Origin: an uncultured Dehalococcoidaceae bacterium
Lineage (GTDB): Bacteria; Chloroflexota; Dehalococcoidia; Dehalococcoidales; RBG-16-60-22
Direction of reading: 5' to 3'
Assembly: GCA_964422155.1 (NCBI GenBank)
Contig: CAYQZZ010000011.1
Coordinates: forward strand, 1 to 45,218
Length of the DNA: 45,218 nucleotides
Each line of letters opens with the position of its first letter. Within the stretch, counting starts at the first letter, position 1. Below the pieces are notes generated by a model that worked only from the letters and a program-made list of their open reading frames with translations, was not told the origin of the DNA and searched no databases. Below are positions 29,814 to 37,297 of this stretch, in pieces. Both the position numbers and the translations under genes were made by a program.

Positions 29814-30335
29814 CTAGTGCCAGCCAAAGCCCTGCCGCAAGCCCCGGACATAAGAAGCCTGCCCGGCATGCTGTAGGCCGTCGCTCAGCGTACCGATAAG
29901 CATCATCCCGAAATTCGGCGGCGGTTTAAATGGCGTGCCTTCGATAACCCTGTCGAAATCTGCTTTTTTCAGGGTTGGGAAGTACTTCTGCGACCTCTCC
30001 AGCACTGCCTTATGGTAGCCGAGCAGCGTCTTGACATCGGGAGATTTGAATTTGGCCAGGTCGGCTGGCTTCTGGCCGGTGCCATTGTCCTTGGGGTCGG
30101 CCGGCCTGCCGAACTTTTTATGCCACCCGCCTTTAATCCAGATTTGTTCCTGACTCATGAAAGAAGAAATTTGCACGTCCTGCCAGCGTGTCAGGTGCCA
30201 GACCAGCCAGCCAATGCTGTTGCAGTCCGGCTTGGGCTGCCAGTTCAGGTCCTCTTCATCAAGACCTTCCAGCGTGTATTCCAGCGCCCTCAAGATGCTA
30301 CCGTAACCACCCGATAACATGTCATGTAACTCCAT
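29814..30335 (-). CDS. DinB/YfiT-like (DinB_2) family protein
   Basis: Start MELHDMLSGG... with AAGGAGG RBS 5 nt upstream. WLVWHLTRWQD motif typical of the DinB_2 four-helix-bundle metalloenzymes. The ORF-track start at 30392 is an extension. Confidence 0.75.
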   Translation of the reverse strand: MELHDMLSGGYGSILRALEYTLEGLDEEDLNWQPKPDCNSIGWLVWHLTRWQDVQISSFMSQEQIWIKGGWHKKFGRPADPKDNGTGQKPADLAKFKSPDVKTLLGYHKAVLERSQKYFPTLKKADFDRVIEGTPFKPPPNFGMMLIGTLSDGLQHAGQASYVRGLRQGFGWH

Positions 30336-30544
30336 AGATACCTCCTTATTGCCTCTCGTCAGCAAGATATTATATTTTATCACTTGAGTCAAGTGCCTGT
30401 AAGCGTCCGGCGCCTTAAAAAAACTTTTCCCGTAACCTGATTTGTTATATAATCTCTTTTGGGTCTCGCGCCATTTTTTCCCGAGGGTTAAATCAGATTA
30501 AAAACGATAGCGTTTTTTCCGCGATAAGAGAAATCAACGAAATA

Positions 30545-31198
30545 TTGTCCCTCACCAACGAGCCTAATAAGCTCGTTAATATGGTCCTGGATACGCTTCC
30601 CCAGGTCCTGAAGATAGAATGCTGCTGGATACAGACTTTCAACGACAGAAAACACCAGCAGCTGCTCCTGGCCGCCGAGCGCGGTTTCAGCCCTGAAATG
30701 CGGCTGGAAGTAAATTCTATGGACATGATTCACGGTTTCAGCGAGCAAATCATCGGGCTGGGGCAAAAAATCGTCATCCCTGACCTGTACAATGATGGAT
30801 TATACGGGCTATCTTCATTTAAAAAGACCGGCTATAAATGGCTGGTGGCCGCCCCGCTGATGACCTACCGGGTACACGGTATCCTGGGAATCGCCTCCCG
30901 TAACAGAAAGTTGCTTAAGAAAGAAACCGCCGAGCTTATCATGGTAATTGCCGGTCTTATCGCCCATGCTCTCAGCAAAGCTTACCTTTCCCTCAAGTCT
31001 TCAGCGCCGGAAGAGCCTGTAAAAGCGCCTGCCCGGGAAGTTGGGGAAGGACTGGAGACCCCTGATAAAAGTCCGGAAGTATCTCTGGATATAACAGATT
31101 CCGGAATCTCACCGGGAAAAACCCCCGTAAAACCCCCTGATGCCACCTTTCACAGCCATACCCGCCGGATGGAGACATTCCGCCGCTCCCACCATTGA
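30545..31198 (+). CDS. GAF domain-containing protein with low-complexity Pro/Ser/Glu-rich C-terminal tail
   Basis: GAF-like core (LLLAAERGFSPE...KIVIPDLYNDG...WLVAAPLMTYRVHGILGIASRN). Start codon uncertain: TTG at 30545, no in-frame ATG/GTG upstream back to the stop at 30416. Confidence 0.6.
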   Translation: MSLTNEPNKLVNMVLDTLPQVLKIECCWIQTFNDRKHQQLLLAAERGFSPEMRLEVNSMDMIHGFSEQIIGLGQKIVIPDLYNDGLYGLSSFKKTGYKWLVAAPLMTYRVHGILGIASRNRKLLKKETAELIMVIAGLIAHALSKAYLSLKSSAPEEPVKAPAREVGEGLETPDKSPEVSLDITDSGISPGKTPVKPPDATFHSHTRRMETFRRSHH

Positions 31199-31466
31199 GT
31201 CAGTGGAGTTCCTCCCATGTAATTATTTATCAAATTCCTCTCCCTCGATGCCTGCCTGCGCGTAGCCTGCTTGCGCTAAAGCTCTCGCCTGCCAGAGAAC
31301 TTGTTCGGCGAGCAGGTCAGCGAAGGCAAGCCGCTCCGGCGAAGGCAGGGGAGAGGGAAGGGCGAGGGTGAATATATACATCACCCCATCAATTTATGTT
31401 AATATAATGAGAGGGTCGAAAAAAGAAAAGCCGATAATATCACGGCAGAAACAGGAGAAAGGAAAA

Positions 31467-32333
31467 ATGATTGCACTATATATTATCATCGCTATAGCTA
31501 TTGCCCTCCTTTTCGCCTCGATGAGAACAGTCAGACCAACTGCCCGGGGCTTGATAGAAAGGTTCGGCAAGTACAACAGGTTCGCCCAGCCCGGGCTTCA
31601 TTTCATTATTCCCTTTAGCATAGAAAGACTAATCAGGGTGAATATCACGGAAATGATGGTCAGCTCGGAAAAACGGGAAATTATCACCGCTGACAGCCTT
31701 AATGCGGAAGTGGACTCTAACGTCTACTTCAAGGTTAAAACGGAAGAAGATAATGTGAAAAAGTCGGTTTATGGAGTCTACAATTACCGTGAGCAGATTG
31801 TCGCCCTGGCTAAAACCACGCTGCGTAATATCATCGGCACGATGACCCTCAAGGAAGCCAACAGCGAACGTAATAAAATCAATCTGGCATTGTACGAACA
31901 GCTGGCCAGAGAGACCGGACACTGGGGCATTGAAATCGTCAGGACGGAGTTAAAAGAAATTCAGCCCCCGCAAGCCGTGCAGGAAGTCATGAACAGCGTC
32001 GTTGTCGCCAATAACCAGAAAATCGCCGCCCAGGATTTTGCCACCGCCACCGAAACCAAGGCGGACGGTGAAAGAAGGGCGGCTATAAAAATCGCCGAAG
32101 GCGAAAGACAGGCGAGGATTTTGAGAGCCGAGGGTGAGGCGCAGGCGATTGCGCTGGTCAATGAGGCAGCCGATAAGTACTTTGTCGGCAATGCCCAGCT
32201 GCTGCGGAAATTGGAAGCCGTCGAAAAATCTCTGTTATCCAATTCCAAGATTGTTTTACCCACCGGCCAGAGCCTGGTGAACGTTATCGGTGACTTAGCC
32301 GGCATAACCACGAAACAACCAAAGGATAAATAA
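31467..32333 (+). CDS. SPFH/band-7 domain protein (stomatin/HflC-like)
   Basis: Start MIALYIII (TM anchor) with AGGAGAAAGG RBS. SPFH core. C-terminal coiled-coil A/E-rich region (AIKIAEGERQARILRAEGEAQAIALVNEA). Confidence 0.85.
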   Translation: MIALYIIIAIAIALLFASMRTVRPTARGLIERFGKYNRFAQPGLHFIIPFSIERLIRVNITEMMVSSEKREIITADSLNAEVDSNVYFKVKTEEDNVKKSVYGVYNYREQIVALAKTTLRNIIGTMTLKEANSERNKINLALYEQLARETGHWGIEIVRTELKEIQPPQAVQEVMNSVVVANNQKIAAQDFATATETKADGERRAAIKIAEGERQARILRAEGEAQAIALVNEAADKYFVGNAQLLRKLEAVEKSLLSNSKIVLPTGQSLVNVIGDLAGITTKQPKDK

Positions 32334-32377
32334 CTATCTTTCCTTAATACTTGTTTCTTGGTACTTGGTATTTCCCC

Positions 32378-33184
32378 CTATCGGGGTGGCGTTGGAGGCG
32401 GTGCCGGTGCCGGCGGTAAAAGCGGCAGTCCTCCGGCCACATACAGGGCTTGACCCGTAACGTATGCCGCGAGTTCCGAAGCCAGGAATAAGGCGGCTCC
32501 GGCCATATCCTCCGGAGTTCCCACTCTCTGCATGGGTACTTTTTTACCCAGCATATTAAAAAAGCCGTCCCGCTCTTTTTCTGTCATCTTCCCCACCATG
32601 GCGTCATAGAAGTTTGTCCTGATAGGCCCCGGCAATATACAGTTTACATTGATGCCCAGCGGCGCCAATGCGTTAGCCAGGTCGGTGGTGAAGCCGATAA
32701 CCCCGGCTTTAGCGGTATTATAATGAATCTCATGAGCCGGGGGCTGGACGGCGCCTATGGAAGAAAGATTGATGATTTTACCGTATTTCCTTTTCTTCAT
32801 GTGAGGGACGACATACTTGCAGAACAGGAAGTCGCTTTTCAGGTTTAAGGCGAAGGTTTTATCCCAGGCTTCTTCGGTCAGGTCTTCAACAGGAATATGC
32901 GCGGCTATCCCCCCGGCATTATTAACCAGGATGTCTATCTTGCCGTATTTTTTTACGACCTTCTCCACGGTATCGCCGACCTGCTGGCCGCTGGTGACAT
33001 CGCATTTGATGAAGATGGCGTTGCCGCCTTTTTTCTTAATTTCGGCGACGACTTCCTCTGCTTCCTTTATGGCGATATCGGCGATGGCGACGGCACAGCC
33101 TTCCTCCGCGAATTTAAGGGCCATGCCCCTTCCCATTCCTTTAGCGCCCCCGGTGATGATGGCTACTTTGTCCTTTAATAACAT
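32378..33184 (-). CDS. SDR family oxidoreductase with Pro/Ala-rich C-terminal tail
   Basis: 268 aa. ITGGAKGMGRGMA motif. AGGAGG RBS. Paralog of 2928-3710. Ends ...LLPPAPAPPPTPPR. Confidence 0.9.
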   Translation of the reverse strand: MLLKDKVAIITGGAKGMGRGMALKFAEEGCAVAIADIAIKEAEEVVAEIKKKGGNAIFIKCDVTSGQQVGDTVEKVVKKYGKIDILVNNAGGIAAHIPVEDLTEEAWDKTFALNLKSDFLFCKYVVPHMKKRKYGKIINLSSIGAVQPPAHEIHYNTAKAGVIGFTTDLANALAPLGINVNCILPGPIRTNFYDAMVGKMTEKERDGFFNMLGKKVPMQRVGTPEDMAGAALFLASELAAYVTGQALYVAGGLPLLPPAPAPPPTPPR

Positions 33185-33295
33185 TTTTCCTCCTTGATTT
33201 ATTTATTGAATCACCAATAACCAAGATATAAGTACCAAACAAATCTCAATATTCAATAATCAATGTCTAAAATTTTGGTTATTTGAATTTGGTTA

Positions 33296-33372
33296 TGGGT
33301 CATTGTTTGGTTATTGTTTCTTGTTACTTGGTTATTGTCTGGTTATTGTCTCTTGTTATTTGATTATTTTCC
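33296..33372. repeat. T/G-rich short tandem repeat tract (TTGGTTATTGTYT-like units)
   Basis: ttggttattgtttcttgttacttggttattgtctggttattgtctcttgttatttg. A related tract sits on the other flank of the same SDR gene (32340-32375, cttgtttcttggtacttggtat). Confidence 0.6.
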
Positions 33373-33373
33373 A

Positions 33374-33799
33374 CTAGTCCGTTGTATTGCCCACTCTTGA
33401 GTATTTTGCCGTCACGGCGACGTCCACGAACAGGACAGGTTTGTTTATCCTGGCGAAGTTTATCGGGCCGTGCATCAGGCCGGCCGGGATATATGCCGCC
33501 GTGGGCGACTTGATAATATGCTTTTCCTGCTCTTCGCCCAGCGTAATCTCGATTTCTGCATCGAAATCCCTGGCGTTATTCGGGTTTGCCGAGAAAAAGC
33601 TCAAATACTGGGGGAACTCATGCTTGTGGGGCTGGGATATCATCAGGTGGGGGCCTGTGATGTAAATGCTATCGATGGACAGGTGCCCCCCACCGAACTT
33701 GTCCAGGTGCCTGGTGCTGGTAACGTGGGAGCCCTCGTGTTTCGGGTCCTCTTTAACGACTTCCGTGGTAAGATATTTATCGTATTTCGTTTTGGCCAT
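33374..33799 (-). CDS. Cupin-like small protein family member 2
   Basis: 141 aa starting MAKTKYDKY. AAGGAG RBS. Motifs PHKHEFPQY, DFDAEIEITLGEEQEKHIIKSPT, PAGLMHGP. Confidence 0.7.
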   Translation of the reverse strand: MAKTKYDKYLTTEVVKEDPKHEGSHVTSTRHLDKFGGGHLSIDSIYITGPHLMISQPHKHEFPQYLSFFSANPNNARDFDAEIEITLGEEQEKHIIKSPTAAYIPAGLMHGPINFARINKPVLFVDVAVTAKYSRVGNTTD

Positions 33800-33889
33800 G
33801 TTTCACTCCTTATCTAAAATACACTTAACATAACTCTGGAAACAATTCACGCCTGCCCAACTTCGAATTGTTTCCTCATTTAATTCTTT

Positions 33890-34858
33890 TCACAGTGGCT
33901 TCAGGCGCGGGTGCTTCTTGATTGTGTACCAGTACGTGTTCCAGCCAACTTTATCAAGCGGTATAAGCCTGCGAAAACGCTTTTTAACCTCTGCCTCTTC
34001 GGCAATCTCGATGAAGCCCGGGGCAACATGCTCGTTGATAACTTTGACGATGGTTTCCCAGTCGACCTCTATAGCACCCCGGGGGCAAATCTGCTCGCAG
34101 TACCAGCACCTGTCGCACCTTTTCCTTTGAATCGGCGGGGATGTGGACATATTAATGCTGTTGGTGGGGCAGTTGTCTATGCAGAGTGTGCATTTGGGAT
34201 ACAGGCATTTCTCTCTATTGAACCTGAAGTCGAAGCTCCGCAGGCCTGTCTGCTCCAGCCGCTCGGCATTTGGCGGCGCTCCGGCCTTACGTCCCTTTTT
34301 CAATTGCCAGCTATTGCCCCGCCCCGGATAGAGCTCGTCATATTCGCTTCCTCGCGGCAATGCGGGAACCAATCCTGTGTCTCCCGCATATATCTTGCTA
34401 CTTCGCTCCGCCATTTCCCTGCCGAAGCTTTTCGCCTCGTCAAGGTCGATGGCATCGGGATGACCGTCGGTAAAATAGGGCTTGGGTTTCTCCGGCATGG
34501 TAACGCTGCAGTACCAGTTCTTCCAGCCGATAACGGTGAGGCCCTTCTGTGTCATCATGGGCACCACCCTTGCCAGGAAGCGGCCGGGGAGAAGGCCGTG
34601 GGTGCAGAAAGCGAAACCGTGCTTCCCATCCACGGCGTTCATGCTATATTCGATGAAATTCATGAGATTGGCCGGTTCCCGCCGGTGCCAGACCGGGGCG
34701 CCCAGTCCGATTAAATCATATTCGGCCAGGTCTCCGGTATCCACGTCCTGCAGTCGGGCGAGGTCACAGGGCATGAGTTCACTAATGCCGGATTGTACAG
34801 CCTCGGCAATTTTTTTGGTATTTCCCGTCTGTGAGTAGTAAATTACAATACTTTTCAT
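33890..34858 (-). CDS. Flavodoxin-like domain fused to a 2x[4Fe-4S] ferredoxin domain
   Basis: N-terminus MKSIVIYYSQTGNTKKIAEAV (flavodoxin FMN-binding motif). C-terminus CTLCIDNCP...CDRCWYCEQICP (two CxxCxxCxxxCP motifs). Confidence 0.8.
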   Translation of the reverse strand: MKSIVIYYSQTGNTKKIAEAVQSGISELMPCDLARLQDVDTGDLAEYDLIGLGAPVWHRREPANLMNFIEYSMNAVDGKHGFAFCTHGLLPGRFLARVVPMMTQKGLTVIGWKNWYCSVTMPEKPKPYFTDGHPDAIDLDEAKSFGREMAERSSKIYAGDTGLVPALPRGSEYDELYPGRGNSWQLKKGRKAGAPPNAERLEQTGLRSFDFRFNREKCLYPKCTLCIDNCPTNSINMSTSPPIQRKRCDRCWYCEQICPRGAIEVDWETIVKVINEHVAPGFIEIAEEAEVKKRFRRLIPLDKVGWNTYWYTIKKHPRLKPL

Positions 34859-34916
34859 CTTATTTTAAAGGTGTTTAGTAATATTCCTGTTTTTTATAAT
34901 GTGTCTACACTTTTAC

Positions 34917-35009
34917 TGTCATCCTGACCCCGATGCAATCGGGGGAAGGATCCGCATCCCTCCCGTCAAAGAACGGATTCTTCAGTCGCTGCGCTCCTTC
35001 AGAATGACA
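34917..35009. repeat. MITE-like structured repeat copy A (TGTCATYC ... GAATGACA termini)
   Basis: About 93 bp, near-identical to 36206-36300. Terminal inverted repeats tgtcatcctga/tcagaatgaca. Internal hairpins ccccgatgcaatcggggg and ggatccg...cggattc. Confidence 0.6.
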
Positions 35010-35033
35010 ATCATATAACACCTTTCATGTCGA

Positions 35034-36185
35034 TTATTGCGGTATCATCTCCGGCAGGCCCGGCAAAGCGGTGGTCATCCACCTGGTGGCATCCCTGCCG
35101 ATGAAATACATGTCTCCAATCATGGTAAACGGCGCTTTCCCGCCTTTGCATCTTACCATAGGATGGACGGCATAGACCTCATCGGTCAGGATGGTCCACT
35201 CCATGTAGTCGCGCTCATGGGGACCGGCGGTAATATAGGGGGCGTCCCCATAAGACAGCCCGACGGCATGGCCCAGCTTATCGCATTCGAAACCCCAGTC
35301 GTTTACCAGATCCTCAATTTTTTGACCGGCTTCCGTAATTTCCAGGCCGGGGCGGAACTCCCGCACTATCATCTGTCTCATTTCAGCCCAAAGAGAGAAC
35401 ATTTTTTTGTACACCCCCTTGGGTTCCTCCCACCAGTAACCGCGTATCATTTGAGCGCCATAGCCCGCGTTACGGGTGAACTCCGGGGAAAACGTCACCG
35501 GGTTCGGCTTCTGTATCACCGTCGGGCCGGGACGGTAAGGATAAGCCGCCTCCGGTCGACTGTGTATTAAAATAATCCTGTCGATAATATCGTGGGCGGT
35601 CAGGACTTCATTGGCTTTATTGACGACCTGTTCTTCGGTGAGGCCGGGCTTCAAATTAGCTAGGAAGGTGTAATGGGCCAGGTCAGAGATGCGGATGGCG
35701 TTATCCATGATAGCCAGCTCCTCGCGGCTCTTGGGACCTCTTATTTCACCGAAAAGACGATGCGCTTCCACGAGCCTGACATCGGGGCAAAGCTCGGAAA
35801 AAGTCTGGTATTCGAACACCGGCCAGAAGCGGAAGCTGTCTATACCGACCTGTGTTTTCTGGTGATTGAGGTCGATTATAATTTTAGCCGCGTCTATGGC
35901 CAGGTTAAATGAGGAGCGGATATTCTCCGTTTCCACCCAGCAGCCCTGTTTGACCAGCTGCTCGCCCGTCATGCCCGTGTTGCTGGGGATTAGAAAAACT
36001 GGCTCGCCATCGACCGGGAAAATCACCATGTTCTGCTTGCTGCCCCAGATATGCGTCAGGTAGTGGACAGGCACGCCCAGCTGGGTGCCCCCGTAGACGA
36101 TAAGCGCCGAAAGCCCGGCTTTCTGCAACGTCTTCCGCAGCAACGACCAGCGGCGTCCTTTTTCTTTCAGACTAAGTTCCGGCAT
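35034..36185 (-). CDS. M24 family metallopeptidase (Xaa-Pro dipeptidase/creatinase-like)
   Basis: 383 aa. Creatinase/prolidase N-domain plus pita-bread catalytic domain. GGGGAGGTGA RBS. Bracketed by two copies of the MITE-like repeat. Confidence 0.85.
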   Translation of the reverse strand: MPELSLKEKGRRWSLLRKTLQKAGLSALIVYGGTQLGVPVHYLTHIWGSKQNMVIFPVDGEPVFLIPSNTGMTGEQLVKQGCWVETENIRSSFNLAIDAAKIIIDLNHQKTQVGIDSFRFWPVFEYQTFSELCPDVRLVEAHRLFGEIRGPKSREELAIMDNAIRISDLAHYTFLANLKPGLTEEQVVNKANEVLTAHDIIDRIILIHSRPEAAYPYRPGPTVIQKPNPVTFSPEFTRNAGYGAQMIRGYWWEEPKGVYKKMFSLWAEMRQMIVREFRPGLEITEAGQKIEDLVNDWGFECDKLGHAVGLSYGDAPYITAGPHERDYMEWTILTDEVYAVHPMVRCKGGKAPFTMIGDMYFIGRDATRWMTTALPGLPEMIPQ

Positions 36186-36205
36186 GGGTCACCTCCCCTC
36201 GGTAT

Positions 36206-36300
36206 TGTCATTCTGACCCCGATGCAATCGGGGGAAGAATCCGTCTCCCAGGATTACGGATTCTTCGTCGTCCGCCTGAAGCGGACTCTTCAGAATGACA
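36206..36300. repeat. MITE-like structured repeat copy B
   Basis: TGTCATTCTGACCCCGATGCAATCGGGGGAAGAATCCGT...ACGGATTCTTC...CCGCCTGAAGCGG...TCTTCAGAATGACA. Nested palindromes. Same orientation as copy A. Confidence 0.6.
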
Positions 36301-36311
36301 AAAAATAATAA

Positions 36312-36872
36312 TTACCACTCGCGTTTCATCTTCTTCGCCAGCTTGAGAACCCTCTCCTCGCTTTCATAGCCCTGGTCGATAAACAGCAGATTGTCTCTCT
36401 CTTCATCGGACACCAGCTCCTGGTAAGATTTCTCCGTGTGTGTGGGCGATTGTTCGACGGTTACCATGATAAACGGCCTCGTTACTTTTCTAATTATCCA
36501 GGGTCCATGTATAAAATCGGCAGGTAAATAGACCAGGTCGGAGGTAGTGAGAATGTGCTTTTCCAGCTCCGGGCCCAGACAAAATTCAACCTCGCCGCCC
36601 AGGTCCAGCGGATTTTCCGGGTCTGTCCCGAGATGTATCACTACTTCGGGAAATTTATGTTTATGCGGTCCGTGCCCCATCTGCTCCCATGAGGAAACTC
36701 CGGGCAATCCCTGGGGAACGACAGGTACCCAGTGAATGTAATACTGGTGGCTGCCCAGATAGGCGTTATTATTGACTTTATCATCCGCAAAGGCTACAAT
36801 CGCACCGGTGCCGGCCGGGTTCCACGGCCTTGGTCCGGATAAAATATATTTGTCGTATTTTGTTTTCGCCAT
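36312..36872 (-). CDS. Cupin-like small protein family member 3 (with about 50-aa C-terminal extension)
   Basis: 186 aa starting MAKTKYDKY. AAGGAG RBS. Motifs PHKHKFPEV, GGEVEFCLGPELEKHILTTSD, PADFIHGP. Confidence 0.7.
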   Translation of the reverse strand: MAKTKYDKYILSGPRPWNPAGTGAIVAFADDKVNNNAYLGSHQYYIHWVPVVPQGLPGVSSWEQMGHGPHKHKFPEVVIHLGTDPENPLDLGGEVEFCLGPELEKHILTTSDLVYLPADFIHGPWIIRKVTRPFIMVTVEQSPTHTEKSYQELVSDEERDNLLFIDQGYESEERVLKLAKKMKREW

Positions 36873-36883
36873 TTTCTTGCTCC

Positions 36884-37297
36884 TTACTTTTTGGTTACCT
36901 CGACAATGCCGGCGTCAGCGTCAACCTTAACCCAATCACCGGTCTTGATTACCTCCAGCGGGTTTTTATCCAGTTCGGTCATGGCCGGGGCGTGTAAAAG
37001 TACAGCGGATAAAGCGGCCTTGGTGGTCATATCGTTGAAAATAAGAGCCTTGGGCGCGGTGCCTACCAATCGGGTAGCATGGAATGCCATCGATGTCCCC
37101 GAAGAACCCTTGGTCCCGGGAAATACGAGCACCTTGTCCTTAAAACTCTGCCCTCTTAACTCGTGGCGCCTTTCCGTAATGATGCCTTTAACCGCGTCAA
37201 TACCGCCCCATCCGGATATGGTATCTCTGGTGACGAGCGCTTCGCCCTCAACACAACCGCCAACGACTTTCCGGCCGTGAAGCACTATTTTCTTCAT
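36884..37297 (-). CDS. Aconitase X swivel-domain subunit (DUF126)
   Basis: Start MKKIVLHG. Its ATG overlaps the TGA stop of the upstream large subunit (ATGA). GGAAGGGAGAA RBS. DUF126-like length and composition. Confidence 0.75.
   Translation of the reverse strand: MKKIVLHGRKVVGGCVEGEALVTRDTISGWGGIDAVKGIITERRHELRGQSFKDKVLVFPGTKGSSGTSMAFHATRLVGTAPKALIFNDMTTKAALSAVLLHAPAMTELDKNPLEVIKTGDWVKVDADAGIVEVTKK

Noticed and set aside
30993-31178. 61-aa minus-strand ORF within the GAF gene tail
   Set aside because: It is antisense to the low-complexity tail of the GAF protein and shows no start signal.
33185-33373. Possible CRISPR-like array from repeated ttggttattgt units
   Set aside because: The units are about 11-13 bp, irregular and contiguous without spacers. 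That is far shorter than CRISPR repeats. It is a simple tandem repeat.
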